Below, one piece after another: positions 26,143 to 35,690 of a DNA stretch of 64,000 bases. The notes under the pieces are model-generated. The model saw nothing but the letters and a program-made list of their open reading frames with translations. It had not been told where the DNA came from and searched no databases. The position numbers were made by a program, and so were the translations under genes. The stretch covers positions 1,216,001 through 1,280,000 of the forward strand of contig CBDBLO010000002.1 of the NCBI GenBank assembly GCA_965207075.1. Direction: 5' to 3'. This DNA comes from Nitrosopumilus sp. (lineage in GTDB: Archaea > Thermoproteota > Nitrososphaeria > Nitrososphaerales > Nitrosopumilaceae). Numbering within the stretch: the first letter of the stretch is position 1; each line of letters starts with the position of its first letter.

Positions 26143-26469
26143 ATGGTACGGCGGCGGACCGAAGGCTTGCGTTACTCCCTGCCGCTGGACAGGCTCTTCC
26201 CGGGCCACCCGAACGCCAGGATAATGGACTGCCTTTTGTCCAACCACGGGTTAGGGCAGTCGGTTGAAAACGTGGTGGGGTTCACCGGGCTCAAAAGGGA
26301 CGAGGCGGTGTCCGGGTTGGAGTGGCTGGCGGGGGAGAAGTTGATCAGCACGCGCGGCGGCAACTACGTGGCCGAACCCGGAACAGGTTCCGCCAGGCTG
26401 GACGGGCTGTACGCGTATTATCGGGCGACTGTGGGGTCAAACCTGGACAACGCGTTTCCGCCCGGGTGA
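26143..26469 (+). CDS. Winged-helix protein
   Basis: ARIMDCLL...TGLKRDEAVSGLEWL...LI; TTAAA upstream. Confidence 0.7.
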   Translation: MVRRRTEGLRYSLPLDRLFPGHPNARIMDCLLSNHGLGQSVENVVGFTGLKRDEAVSGLEWLAGEKLISTRGGNYVAEPGTGSARLDGLYAYYRATVGSNLDNAFPPG

Positions 26470-26518
26470 TGACACAGCGCCCGGGGCGCGGGCGCCGCTC
26501 TGTTCAGGTCCCAGTAGG

Positions 26519-26830
26519 TTAGGCGGGAACCTCCGTTATTCTGTACCGCCTGGAGGAGTGGCAGTGCGTGCACCGCGTTGATACGTGCTCGCCGTCCGCC
26601 CCGTCGTGGTGCAGTATGCCGCCGCACCTCGGGCACGTGAATACGATCATCTTCTCCTTTGCGCAGCTGTCATGCTCGACGGCCTCCGCGACTTCGTTGA
26701 TCGTCATGCTCCTGCAGACGTCCCTCCGGCGCGTGACTTTCTCGTTCATCTCCGTGCCGCATCTGAAGCAGAACGGCTCGCGCGTGCCCTCGGTCTCCGT
26801 GTGGCACCTTGGGCATTGGTGTACGCTCAT
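26519..26830 (-). CDS. Double Zn-ribbon protein
   Basis: CPRC/CFRC and CPRC/CTHC. Confidence 0.7.
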   Translation of the reverse strand: MSVHQCPRCHTETEGTREPFCFRCGTEMNEKVTRRRDVCRSMTINEVAEAVEHDSCAKEKMIVFTCPRCGGILHHDGADGEHVSTRCTHCHSSRRYRITEVPA

Positions 26831-26927
26831 CAATTATGGCCACTTGTATTTTTTAAAAACGACGGAACCGGAGACGGAACCCCCCCCCGGAAGGACGAGT
26901 TATAACAAAGGCGTGCGTATAATATGC

Positions 26928-27890
26928 ATGGAGAACCACCACGCGGTGCTCGGCGTCAGCCGGGGCGCGGACCGCAGCGAGATACGGGAGGCGTTCCGCC
27001 GCCGGGCGCTGGAGTGCCACCCGGACGTCAGCGGGGGCGATAGTGGTGAGTTCATGGCCGCGAGGAGGGCGTACGAGGCGCTCGTGAATCCCGTGGTGAG
27101 CAGGGAGGACGAGGCCGCCAGGCTGCACGCGGAAATGCTCAGGGCCGAGAAATGGTGCGCCGACCCGTCGTCGTTCGGGACGGCGGACTTTGGAGATGCG
27201 ACGTTTGAAAAGTATGGCGGGTCCGTCAGGATTGCGGGCAGGCTGAGGGCCGGCACCCTGAGGTTCGGGGGGCGCGTCCTGGTGTATGGCGACGTGTCGA
27301 GCCCGCCGTGGGGCGGGCCGCATAGAACGGTGCTGCAGGGAGGCGGCGGCGTGGACGTGCGCGGCAGCATACTGAACGGCGCGGAGGTCAGGGGGCGCGA
27401 CGTCTTTGCGGTCGACGTGTTTGGACTGAGGCGCGTGGAAATGGACGCGGTGCGCGTGGGTGTGAGCTGGGACGCGTCGCTGCACGCGAGCATAACTGCA
27501 GACGGGGGGAACGCGGTGTTGCGCAACTGCACGGGACCTGCCCGCATACGCGGGGACGTGGTGGACGTCTGGGACGTGCGCGACGGGTGCGTTCTGGAGG
27601 GGCGGCGTGTGGTGGTGCGCGGCAACACGGTGACGCACGACTGCACCATACGGGTGTCGGAGTCTCTGTCGTTCACGACAGGCCAGATGCTCGGGCTTTC
27701 GGACAACTGCACCATATCTTGGGACGGCGGCGAGGTGAAGCTGGGGCGGCTGAAGACGTACAGGACGGGCCGGCTGCCGGGCCTCGATGGCGCCCAGGGC
27801 ACCATGGTGGGCGGCGGGTTTGTCATGACCGTGCAGATGCTGCAGCACGCGGCCGCAAGGCGCGGATGGAACCCGTTTACACGCGGCTAG
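26928..27890 (+). CDS. J-domain (DnaJ-type) protein with C-terminal beta-solenoid-like region
   Basis: VLGV..A...EIREAFRR.ALECHPD...AYEAL; Gly/Val-rich beta repeats. Confidence 0.82.
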   Translation: MENHHAVLGVSRGADRSEIREAFRRRALECHPDVSGGDSGEFMAARRAYEALVNPVVSREDEAARLHAEMLRAEKWCADPSSFGTADFGDATFEKYGGSVRIAGRLRAGTLRFGGRVLVYGDVSSPPWGGPHRTVLQGGGGVDVRGSILNGAEVRGRDVFAVDVFGLRRVEMDAVRVGVSWDASLHASITADGGNAVLRNCTGPARIRGDVVDVWDVRDGCVLEGRRVVVRGNTVTHDCTIRVSESLSFTTGQMLGLSDNCTISWDGGEVKLGRLKTYRTGRLPGLDGAQGTMVGGGFVMTVQMLQHAAARRGWNPFTRG

Positions 27891-28081
27891 GAGGAACCGG
27901 CGCCAGCCTCCTTGGCGTCTTCCTCGTCTGCCTTCTTTCGTTCCCTCTCAGCCCACTCCATGAACATCACGCGTTTGTTCTCCCAGATGGCCTCGTCCTC
28001 CGGGTCGTGCTGCTTGTGGGCCTCTATGCTTGACAGCTCACTGGAAATGTGGGACTCCAGGGCGTCCCTGCGCTTGCCCAT
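27887..28081 (-). CDS. Small charged helical protein
   Basis: Own TTAAAT box; 64 aa. Confidence 0.55.
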   Translation of the reverse strand: MGKRRDALESHISSELSSIEAHKQHDPEDEAIWENKRVMFMEWAERERKKADEEDAKEAGAGSS

Positions 28082-28229
28082 ACAACGACAGGCGCGGATG
28101 CATTTAACGCAGCCGTACTCCCGGAGCGCCGCCCGGCAGTGTCTGTGGATTCGGACGCAGGGCTGCGCCGTCCTGCATGACCGGTCTTACTGTGACCATT
28201 TGGAACCTAAAACACCTGACGGTTTTTGA

Positions 28230-28800
28230 TCCGGCAGATTTTCATTTTTTCCAGATATGTGTTCAAAAACACTAATCAGTTTTAACCGTTTGTGTAAAAT
28301 TTGCATTTAAGGGGGTGCAAAAAATCCCGGTACGGTACGTTCGAGTATTTACGATTATTAATTTTCTGCTGAATTTGGTTGGTTTTTAATAATCTAGCTG
28401 CATGGAGGTCTTTTCGTGCAGCTGAAATGCAGCTGACGTATTACATCTTTTTTCAATATTCTTGTAATTATTTCAATATATATGAATTTCTTGTAATTAT
28501 TAGATGATATGTGGATTATTATGTAAAAAGTTAGATCAGCTGCATAGCTGCATGGTGAAAACTAGCATTCTGGAACAAGTAGTTACAGAAAAAGAGTTAT
28601 GACCGTGCAGCTACGCAGCTGGGGGGTGTTTTTTGCAATAATTACAGCTTTCTATCATGCACCGTTCTACATATTACAATAATCCGTAAGAAACCATATC
28701 ATATTTCCAAAAAACGCAGCTTCATTCCAGCTGCATGAAAAAACAAAAACCCAGCTGAACAGATACGGTCTCGGTATCTGCGCGTTTGCATGAAAACCTG
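28230..28800. repeat. AT-rich non-coding region with ~11 GCAGCT/AGCTGC-type repeats; candidate replication origin
   Basis: Motif copies near 28395, 28417, 28427, 28537, 28545, 28606, 28614, 28645, 28715, 28728, 28751; TTCTTGTAATTATT twice. Confidence 0.6.
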
Positions 28801-28886
28801 ATGGCAGGTTTCGAGAGACGTGTGTCATGGTCCCGATTGAGGAATGTGTCGACCGACGGGTGAAGAACTGAGCAGTCACAGCCACG

Positions 28887-29633
28887 TCAGGACATGCCGC
28901 CCGCCATAGTCACAAACACGGCCACCAGTACCAGCACTGCCAGAAACACCACGTTCATCGGGGCGGCCGTTACGACCAGCCTGCCGACCGGCACGCTGTC
29001 CCAGTCGCGCCTGTCAAAGTACGTCGTACGCATTATGCTGAACGACCCGCGCCCGTCCTCCCACACCGGCACGGCGAACTTGTCCCACGGGCGCTTGTAG
29101 TGGGCGGCGAACAGGCAGAACACCCTCGTCCACGGCCTTGCCCGCGGGTACCCTGCAAACAGCGGCGGCACGCCCCTGGCGCCGCGGCGGCAGTCCACGG
29201 CCTGCCATACGTTCATCACGAGGTTGTACGACACGATCAAAAAGGCGGCCGCCGTGATGGCCAGCAGTGCGACCGCGACGGGGACAAAGTACACGCCGCC
29301 GTATGACGGCAGCGTGACGGATACGACCAGCAGTATGATGCAGTCACCGGCAGCCAGCCCCCTGACCCGCCACATCACCAGTGCGATGGTTATGCCGGCG
29401 GCCATGCTGAATATCGCGTTCAGGTCCTGCCACCCCCCGGACAGTAGAAACATTGCAAGCCCCGCGCCGCCGATCATCGCGTAGTGGCGGTCCCGTCCCA
29501 TGAGTTCGCGGTATTTCAGGTCCCCGTAGGATTCCACTGCGAGTAGTCCCAGCACCAGCGCCAGCCTGCCATATTCCAGGTACTGCGGCAGCAGGACGGC
29601 CGCCGCGCCGTCAGCAGGAAGAAACGGGGGCAA
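28887..29633 (-). CDS. Prepilin/preflagellin peptidase (A24, PibD/FlaK-like)
   Basis: SYGDLKYRE (Asp1) and GLAAGD (Asp2), multi-TM. Confidence 0.75.
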   Translation of the reverse strand: MPPFLPADGAAAVLLPQYLEYGRLALVLGLLAVESYGDLKYRELMGRDRHYAMIGGAGLAMFLLSGGWQDLNAIFSMAAGITIALVMWRVRGLAAGDCIILLVVSVTLPSYGGVYFVPVAVALLAITAAAFLIVSYNLVMNVWQAVDCRRGARGVPPLFAGYPRARPWTRVFCLFAAHYKRPWDKFAVPVWEDGRGSFSIMRTTYFDRRDWDSVPVGRLVVTAAPMNVVFLAVLVLVAVFVTMAGGMS

Positions 29634-30210
29634 CCAGTATGCGCCTCATCTGTTCTGACGTCGATTCGACCCAGGCATCGATCTCTACCAACTTGTCGTG
29701 CAGCCCGGCCAAGCGGTCCACGGCGCATTCCACGCGCCGGTGCCTGCACCTTGGCAGCAGCCCTACGGCCCGTAGGTGTGATATGGACTTGCGAACCTCA
29801 CTGTCCCCGCGCGGCCAGTCTACCAGGTAGTTCTGTATTGTGCGCATTGGGACGGTCGCCGGCTCCACCGGTGTTGGCTGCTCCTGTCCTTGCCTTGACA
29901 CCGCGCGCGCAAACCGGTACACCACGGACAGTACGCATACGTCGAAGAACCTCAGTCCCAGCCCGTCGGCCATGAGGAGCCCCGTGCCGACCGGCGTGAG
30001 CCTGGGCGCCCCACACCCGTCACTCCACTCCATCAGTCCGCCGTCCACGAGCCTCCGGACCACGTGATCGCCCGCCTCGCCCCGCTCCGCCTTTCCAATG
30101 TCGTTGAGTACGGCGCGCCCCATGCGGCGCCCATGCTGGGACAGCACGACCACGGCCTTTCTTGCGGCCGCGGCGGTGTCAGTACTCCCGGCGCGTTCCC
30201 GCCCGCTCAT
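29611..30210 (-). CDS. Putative tandem winged-helix protein
   Basis: VVRRLVDGGLM..LTPVG; VRKSISHLRAVGLL. Confidence 0.55.
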   Translation of the reverse strand: MSGRERAGSTDTAAAARKAVVVLSQHGRRMGRAVLNDIGKAERGEAGDHVVRRLVDGGLMEWSDGCGAPRLTPVGTGLLMADGLGLRFFDVCVLSVVYRFARAVSRQGQEQPTPVEPATVPMRTIQNYLVDWPRGDSEVRKSISHLRAVGLLPRCRHRRVECAVDRLAGLHDKLVEIDAWVESTSEQMRRILVAPVSSC

Positions 30211-31739
30211 TTGTAGATCACCACCCCCCGGCTCCTGCCGTCCTTCTTCTTCTCCTGCTGGCGCAATAACTTTGCCAGGCCCGCCGGACTGTCGAACTTG
30301 AACACGCGCACAGCATTACCATCACCGGAACCGGCACCGTTCCCGGCCGCCGCACCGCCGTCTGACTGCGACGCCACGGCGGCCGCAGTGCCTGGCAGTC
30401 CGAGCCACTCGGACGCCTGCACGGGCATCAGGTACGCCCCCCTCCTGGATGCGGCGTCCCCGACCTCCCGGAGCACGGTAACCTTCTCGTGTTCGTCGAC
30501 GACCGACACGCGGCGCGTGCGCACGTCCACCAAGTACGGTGGATGTTTCTTGTTGCCCGGTATGACCACGGCATCGCGCGAGTTCTGCAGCAACACTTGG
30601 TCGGCAGGGCCTTGTGGCTTCTTGGCCGGCGGCTGCGCGGCAGTACCCGATCCCGCCGGCGCCCGGCCTCGTGAGCGCTGCCCGCCGCCCGCAGGGCTGT
30701 CTGGCCCTGCATCATCCTCGTCCTCGTCCTCTTCACCTCCCGACTTTGCCACGCCCCGTCCAGTACCACTGCCGTTGTGTCGACCGTCTGTGATCGCCCC
30801 CGACCCGGAGCGGAACCTCGGTGTGTCGGCGGCAACCTCTATCTCCTCCGGCGCCGGCCAGCTGAACTTCACGTCACTCACCGCCCCGTGGCGCACCAGT
30901 TGCGACACGTGCTCGGCGAACTCGCCCTGCAGACCGGACGGCACCTTTGATATGGCATGCGGTATGTAGTACGGCAGCACGAACCTGGAGAGCCTGTTTC
31001 CCAGCCATTCGCACAGCTCTGACAGCTCTTGCGAGGCGTCCTCGTCGAGCTTCAGGTTGATGAACTTCTGGTCCACGGTGTCCCTGCACGCCCTCATCAC
31101 GTCCTCCACCGCGCGTCGAGCGCCGTCCGCCTCCGACTGCGATATGGTGCGGCCGTCCTGGGCTGCCCCGCCGTGGGACAGCGCCTGCAGGTGCCTGACG
31201 ACGCGTCCCAGGCGCATCGGGTCGTACCCCGTGGGCCGCTGGTTGGCCACGGTGTGCCGCGCCAAAAAGTCCGACTCGTCGGCGCATTGTACGACGATGC
31301 ATTCCACCTCCTTGACGCCACCCGACCTCGAGTACCCGCGGTACATGTCGCCGTCGGCCAGCAGGTAGTACGACTTGGGAACGTACTCGGTAAGTTCTGG
31401 CACGTTGTCTGCGACGCCCCCGTTCTCCTTAGCCCTGGTACTGACGCGTCCGTTGCCGCCCTTTGCACTGCTTGCTGCATACACCGCGGGGACGCTGGCA
31501 TCCCGGGCAATCCAGTATCCCACCCTTATGGGAGGCAGCGTCCCGGCGCGCGCCGCCGGACCGGAGGACATGTTCGCATATACGGCCACCTGTTTGGCGA
31601 TCGGCACTGACACGTCCATCGGGTGCATGACGATGTCCTTGAGCCTGACCTTCCGCCTGACCTCGCCGCCGTCCACCAGTACGCGCGACGCCTCGACTGC
31701 CGCTGCGGCGGGCACCAGTCCTTTCACATTGCCGCTCAT
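30207..31739 (-). CDS. Divergent ParB/Srx-like protein
   Basis: LPPIRV...YYLLADG..Y..G.KEVECIVV...ANQR..YDP pattern of ParB N-domain. Confidence 0.55.
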   Translation of the reverse strand: MSGNVKGLVPAAAAVEASRVLVDGGEVRRKVRLKDIVMHPMDVSVPIAKQVAVYANMSSGPAARAGTLPPIRVGYWIARDASVPAVYAASSAKGGNGRVSTRAKENGGVADNVPELTEYVPKSYYLLADGDMYRGYSRSGGVKEVECIVVQCADESDFLARHTVANQRPTGYDPMRLGRVVRHLQALSHGGAAQDGRTISQSEADGARRAVEDVMRACRDTVDQKFINLKLDEDASQELSELCEWLGNRLSRFVLPYYIPHAISKVPSGLQGEFAEHVSQLVRHGAVSDVKFSWPAPEEIEVAADTPRFRSGSGAITDGRHNGSGTGRGVAKSGGEEDEDEDDAGPDSPAGGGQRSRGRAPAGSGTAAQPPAKKPQGPADQVLLQNSRDAVVIPGNKKHPPYLVDVRTRRVSVVDEHEKVTVLREVGDAASRRGAYLMPVQASEWLGLPGTAAAVASQSDGGAAAGNGAGSGDGNAVRVFKFDSPAGLAKLLRQQEKKKDGRSRGVVIYK

Positions 31740-32008
31740 TTGGTCAGATCCCCCCCGGACATCCCCGCAGTGCACAAGAACACGTCGCATTCATCTATCA
31801 ACCCGGACAGACCTAAAGCCAGAAACATAAACCACGACGGCAGCATGACAATGACGCCGAACACGCCGAAATACGCAACGCGGTTCCATCTGTCGCCGTG
31901 TCTGTTAATTCCCTTCGTGCCGGCAATCAACCCAATAACTAACAAGTATATCATGTGCAACGTAAAAGCTGCAAATACGAAATCGAAAGGGTTCAGTGGA
32001 ATTATCAA
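31736..32008 (-). CDS. Small two-TM protein
   Basis: TTGA start overlap; hydrophobic. Confidence 0.6.
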   Translation of the reverse strand: MIIPLNPFDFVFAAFTLHMIYLLVIGLIAGTKGINRHGDRWNRVAYFGVFGVIVMLPSWFMFLALGLSGLIDECDVFLCTAGMSGGDLTK

Positions 32009-32063
32009 AGTACACCACACCCCAGAGCAGACACAAACCCCCCCACGGCCTCGGCGGTAGTCA

Positions 32064-32339
32064 TCAGTCCCAACCTCCCCATTCCGCGCAGACTAATATG
32101 GCGCACGCGCCGGCGCCGTGCAGCGCAGACACATATAGTATGAGTAGCACCAGTGCGAGCGCGCCCAGGACAGCAAACGCAATAATGCTTTCAATGCGGC
32201 GGCGCTCAAAGGCAAAGGCATAGCCGCGGTTTAAAAACCTCAGACATGATAGCGCGATCAGCAGCCCCGCGCCCGCGGCCAGGATTATGATCATGGCGAA
32301 CTGCCACACAGTGTATGGCAGCAGCGCCTCGGCAGTCAT
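32064..32339 (-). CDS. Small two-TM protein
   Basis: LLPYTVWQFA N-terminus. Confidence 0.65.
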   Translation of the reverse strand: MTAEALLPYTVWQFAMIIILAAGAGLLIALSCLRFLNRGYAFAFERRRIESIIAFAVLGALALVLLILYVSALHGAGACAILVCAEWGGWD

Positions 32340-32695
32340 ATGACAAACGCCTCCTCGAACAGTCCGACCACCGTGTCATATGTTGACCACTGAATGCCGA
32401 ACGCGGCCAGTCCGATGATAACCGGCGCACTCACAATCGACATGCGGCTGCAGTCCCGGAGCGCCATGAAGGCGGCCAGTCTGAGCGCGCTCGCTACCAC
32501 GAGGGTGTTCAAAAACAAGAAAAATACAAAGATGAATGCACCGACAACCGCTTCCGGGCCGAGCCGGTACACTTGGGGCAACGCCAGCATGAGTCCGGCG
32601 ACAGTTATCAGTCCCAGTAAGATTCCAACACCAATCTGAAAGACCACATCATCCACGTCCTGCGCCCCGTTTGTCACGCCGTCCGTCTTGCTCAT
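32336..32695 (-). CDS. Small three-TM protein
   Basis: Hydrophobic; ends WSTYDTVVGLFE. Confidence 0.65.
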   Translation of the reverse strand: MSKTDGVTNGAQDVDDVVFQIGVGILLGLITVAGLMLALPQVYRLGPEAVVGAFIFVFFLFLNTLVVASALRLAAFMALRDCSRMSIVSAPVIIGLAAFGIQWSTYDTVVGLFEEAFVI

Positions 32696-32994
32696 CAGCC
32701 CAGCAACCCCCTGAACACAACTTCCGCATCACGCCCAAACCACATGACGCACGTCATGACGGATGCAAACGCGAGTGCGGTGAACACTATCCACCAGTCG
32801 TCATGACGTCCCACATACGCAAGGATGAGAAACCCGACACTAACCAACAGGAACAATACAAAGCCTGTCCCCGCCTGCAGCATGTCAAATAACAGGAATA
32901 CGATAACAGACATCCCTGCGATGGATAGAAGCACGATAAAGAGACCCGCCACCGCCGCCGCCACCGGGGCTCCATCCATATTCTCCTGTATCAA
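32695..32994 (-). CDS. Small three-TM protein
   Basis: Hydrophobic; coupled overlaps. Confidence 0.65.
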   Translation of the reverse strand: MIQENMDGAPVAAAVAGLFIVLLSIAGMSVIVFLLFDMLQAGTGFVLFLLVSVGFLILAYVGRHDDWWIVFTALAFASVMTCVMWFGRDAEVVFRGLLG

Positions 32995-33122
32995 CCGTTC
33001 AGCACCCCCTCAAACTTCGCCGCCACGGCATCGTACGCGAACCAGTGCGCTGCACCGGCGCATGCGCCGCCGACGATTGTGGCGAACTCCCAGACCGTAT
33101 AGGGCAGCAGCGGTTCTGTCAT
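32991..33122 (-). CDS. 43-aa hydrophobic peptide
   Basis: MTEPLLPYTVWEFATIVGGACAGAAHWFAYDAVAAKFEGVLNG; ATGA/TTGA overlaps; not in ORF track. Confidence 0.65.
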   Translation of the reverse strand: MTEPLLPYTVWEFATIVGGACAGAAHWFAYDAVAAKFEGVLNG

Positions 33123-33439
33123 TCATTCCCCACCATATCCACCGGTTGCGGCAGCAACCTGTCCAGTTTTTCATTGAGCGCCCGCAGCTCGATGGCTATC
33201 TCCCAGGTGGCCTGGCATGTATGCCGGTCCAGATCACCGCCCGGGCCGGTACATTTTGAAGAATAGATGTCACGTTGGTACGACGGCGGCGGTGCGTCAT
33301 CCACTTCGTTGTCAGCGCCGGCCGGCTCCTGTACAAGTAACGCATAGGAGACCACAACCGGGCAGCAAACCGCTAGTATGATAATGCCTACGATAAACCA
33401 CGGTATTCTCCTGCCGCGGCCGTCCCCGTCGCCGCTCAC
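33119..33439 (-). CDS. Single-TM protein with C-terminal coiled coil
   Basis: GTGA overlap; ELRALNEKLDRL. Confidence 0.6.
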   Translation of the reverse strand: MSGDGDGRGRRIPWFIVGIIILAVCCPVVVSYALLVQEPAGADNEVDDAPPPSYQRDIYSSKCTGPGGDLDRHTCQATWEIAIELRALNEKLDRLLPQPVDMVGNE

Positions 33440-34293
33440 CTCGACGACACCCCCGCATGCCCGCACACCTTCCGCCGGGCCATCCGCACCGCCATGCGGG
33501 CCGCCCGCCGGGGGTTCTTCTCACGCTCGGCCAGTATGGGTAGCAGCCTCTTGGCCGCGCCCGCTATCCTGCTGATTATCTCGGCCTCGTACTCGTTGGC
33601 CAGCGACTGCAGTTCGCACCCCATGGCAAACCTTATGGTGTCCTCGCCCCCGCCCTCGACCAGGTCAAGGAAGCCGCACCGCCGGAGCACCATCTCCCTG
33701 CCCCTGCCGTCGGGCGTCGGGCACATGCGCCTGCTGGCGTCCATGACGACGCGCAGGTAGGGATGGGCGTTCCTCACCCCCAGTTCCATGCGGATGCACT
33801 CCAACAGCTTTGACTCTACCAGGGGGCATCCCATGTACCTGCAGACGGCGTAGAAGCTGAGCACGAGGCACTTTGACTTGGTCAGTCCGAGTTCGCGGTG
33901 CAGTTTTTGGTACCACGTCCAGACTGACTGTCCGACGTTGTTCCGCACCCCCATCTTCTGGGCAATGTTGCTCACGACTGCCAGGTCTGTCTGCCTGTGC
34001 ACGTACTTGTCCCCCCTGAGCGTACGGTCGGGCTTGCCCCCGACCTCCATCTCCAGGTACAGGTTTGGGCGGCTGCCGGGCTGCCCCCAGTGCTGCTGCG
34101 GCGCGTGCTGCACGCCTGCGCCCGCGGACGAACTGCCGTCCCCTCCGCGCGCGGCGGCTGCAGGCACGCCGCCGTCTATGCCCGCCCCATACTTTACCAC
34201 GCCGCACGCAGAGCACACGACCTCGCCCGCGTCGGCCTCGACCTCAGCGGACGCCGGATGCCCACACGTATCCAAGACAATAACCCCCTCCAT
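33436..34293 (-). CDS. Divergent TFB (TFIIB)-like protein
   Basis: N-terminal Zn ribbon CGH...DAGEVVCSACGVV followed by cyclin-like helical repeat (FYAVCRYMGCPL). Confidence 0.72.
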   Translation of the reverse strand: MEGVIVLDTCGHPASAEVEADAGEVVCSACGVVKYGAGIDGGVPAAAARGGDGSSSAGAGVQHAPQQHWGQPGSRPNLYLEMEVGGKPDRTLRGDKYVHRQTDLAVVSNIAQKMGVRNNVGQSVWTWYQKLHRELGLTKSKCLVLSFYAVCRYMGCPLVESKLLECIRMELGVRNAHPYLRVVMDASRRMCPTPDGRGREMVLRRCGFLDLVEGGGEDTIRFAMGCELQSLANEYEAEIISRIAGAAKRLLPILAEREKNPRRAARMAVRMARRKVCGHAGVSSR

Positions 34294-34533
34294 GCTTTCA
34301 GCCTCTCATTCGCTACCAGCAGAAGGTGCGATCACGTTCTTGCATGAACAGTGTTGCAATCTCCATGAGCATTTTTGTTGTACATGTGATATATTATGTT
34401 ACCTACCTTTCGGGGCGTGTACGCTCGCTCGCGCGCCTCCGGCGCGCTCGCTCGCTCTATCCTCCCCTTGCCCCCCCCCGCCAACGACCGCGCCCCCGCG
34501 CGCGGTCTTTTAAGCGGCTTGACGTGTGCTGCC

Positions 34534-35307
34534 GTGGACAAGCACGTAAGGAAGGTGCGACACGTGCGCAATAATTCGTGGGCGCTGACGATACCGGACG
34601 ACCTGGTCAGGCGCCTCGGGTGGGACAACGGCGCGTACGTGGAGATGTATGTTGACGATGACGGCAGGCTGGTCGCGCGCGCCGACGGACAGCCGGGGGA
34701 CGTCGCCGTCGTGCGCGTACGCGCCGGGGTGACGGAGGCGGGCGTGCTCGCCGCTGACCCGGCGCCCGCGCCCCCGTCCCCGCCGAGCGCGCCGTCAACC
34801 GTGGGAACCGCGCCCCCGACGTACGCCGGATCCCCGGCCGCCGGCCCGGATGGCGCGCCCGAATCCAGGGAACCGGAGTCCGTCCCCCTGTGCGCCCCCG
34901 CCCATGACGGCGCGCCCGCGCGCGCCCCCGCGGAAGGCTGTCCGGAACCCTACCGGGGGATGGCCCGCCCGCCCGCCCCGGATGAACACTGTGTTGCCGC
35001 CGGACACGCGGTACGGGAAGAGGCGGCCGCCCGCCCCCCGGCGGCCGCCTCTTCTGTCGATCCCGCCGCCTCCGCCCATGATGCCGGGCTTGGAGGGCCG
35101 GAGCCACCGGCCCCCTGCCACACGCCCCCTGCTTTCACGCCCCCCGTCGACGGCGCCCGCGCGGAACCGGCGCCCCCCTGGGAGCGCCCGCGCGCGCCAC
35201 CGGCGCCCCGGGATGCGGACACGGAGCCGGCGCCCGCCCCCCCGGCCGACCCCACGGTTGACGGCGCGCGCCGGAAGCCCGGAGCGGGCGCCCCCGGCTA
35301 CTGCTAG
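34534..35307 (+). CDS. AbrB/MazE/SpoVT-domain protein with long Pro/Ala-rich tail
   Basis: VRKV....SWALTIPDDLVRRLGWDNGAYVEM; TTTTAA ~22 nt upstream of GTG. Confidence 0.75.
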   Translation: MDKHVRKVRHVRNNSWALTIPDDLVRRLGWDNGAYVEMYVDDDGRLVARADGQPGDVAVVRVRAGVTEAGVLAADPAPAPPSPPSAPSTVGTAPPTYAGSPAAGPDGAPESREPESVPLCAPAHDGAPARAPAEGCPEPYRGMARPPAPDEHCVAAGHAVREEAAARPPAAASSVDPAASAHDAGLGGPEPPAPCHTPPAFTPPVDGARAEPAPPWERPRAPPAPRDADTEPAPAPPADPTVDGARRKPGAGAPGYC

Positions 35308-35487
35308 TCCTCCTGCCGTTGTTGCTGCAGATCACGGTCGTGCCGCGGCGCCGTCACTTGGAGCCTGTCCCGGAGCCCCCCCCCCTTGGGGCGCCCCCGC
35401 CGGAGGCGCGGGCGCCCTGTAACCGGCGGCGCCTTTGGCGCCGCCGCCAGAAGGGGAAGCGGGCCCTGAACGGGCGCCCGCTTCCCC

Positions 35488-35518
<31 letters not shown>

Positions 35519-35638
35519 CACGCCCTTCCGGCGGCGCCGAAGGCGCCGCCGCTTGGCGCCCCGGGAGCCCATGGCTCCCGGGGCGCTTCTCCCCCCCCCC
35601 CCATGTCCCGGAGCCAGCCAGCCAGCTAGGAGCCGGCC

Positions 35639-35666
35639 CGGGCGCCCCCCTGACGGGGGGCGCCCG
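35639..35666. other. Perfect 12-bp hairpin
   Basis: CGGGCGCCCCCC-TGAC-GGGGGGCGCCCG. Confidence 0.7.
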
Positions 35667-35690
35667 CCAGAACCACACCGGGGTCCCGTA

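Noticed and set aside
28230-28800. Host chromosomal oriC
   Set aside because: No convincing ORB consensus and no adjacent cdc6/orc1.
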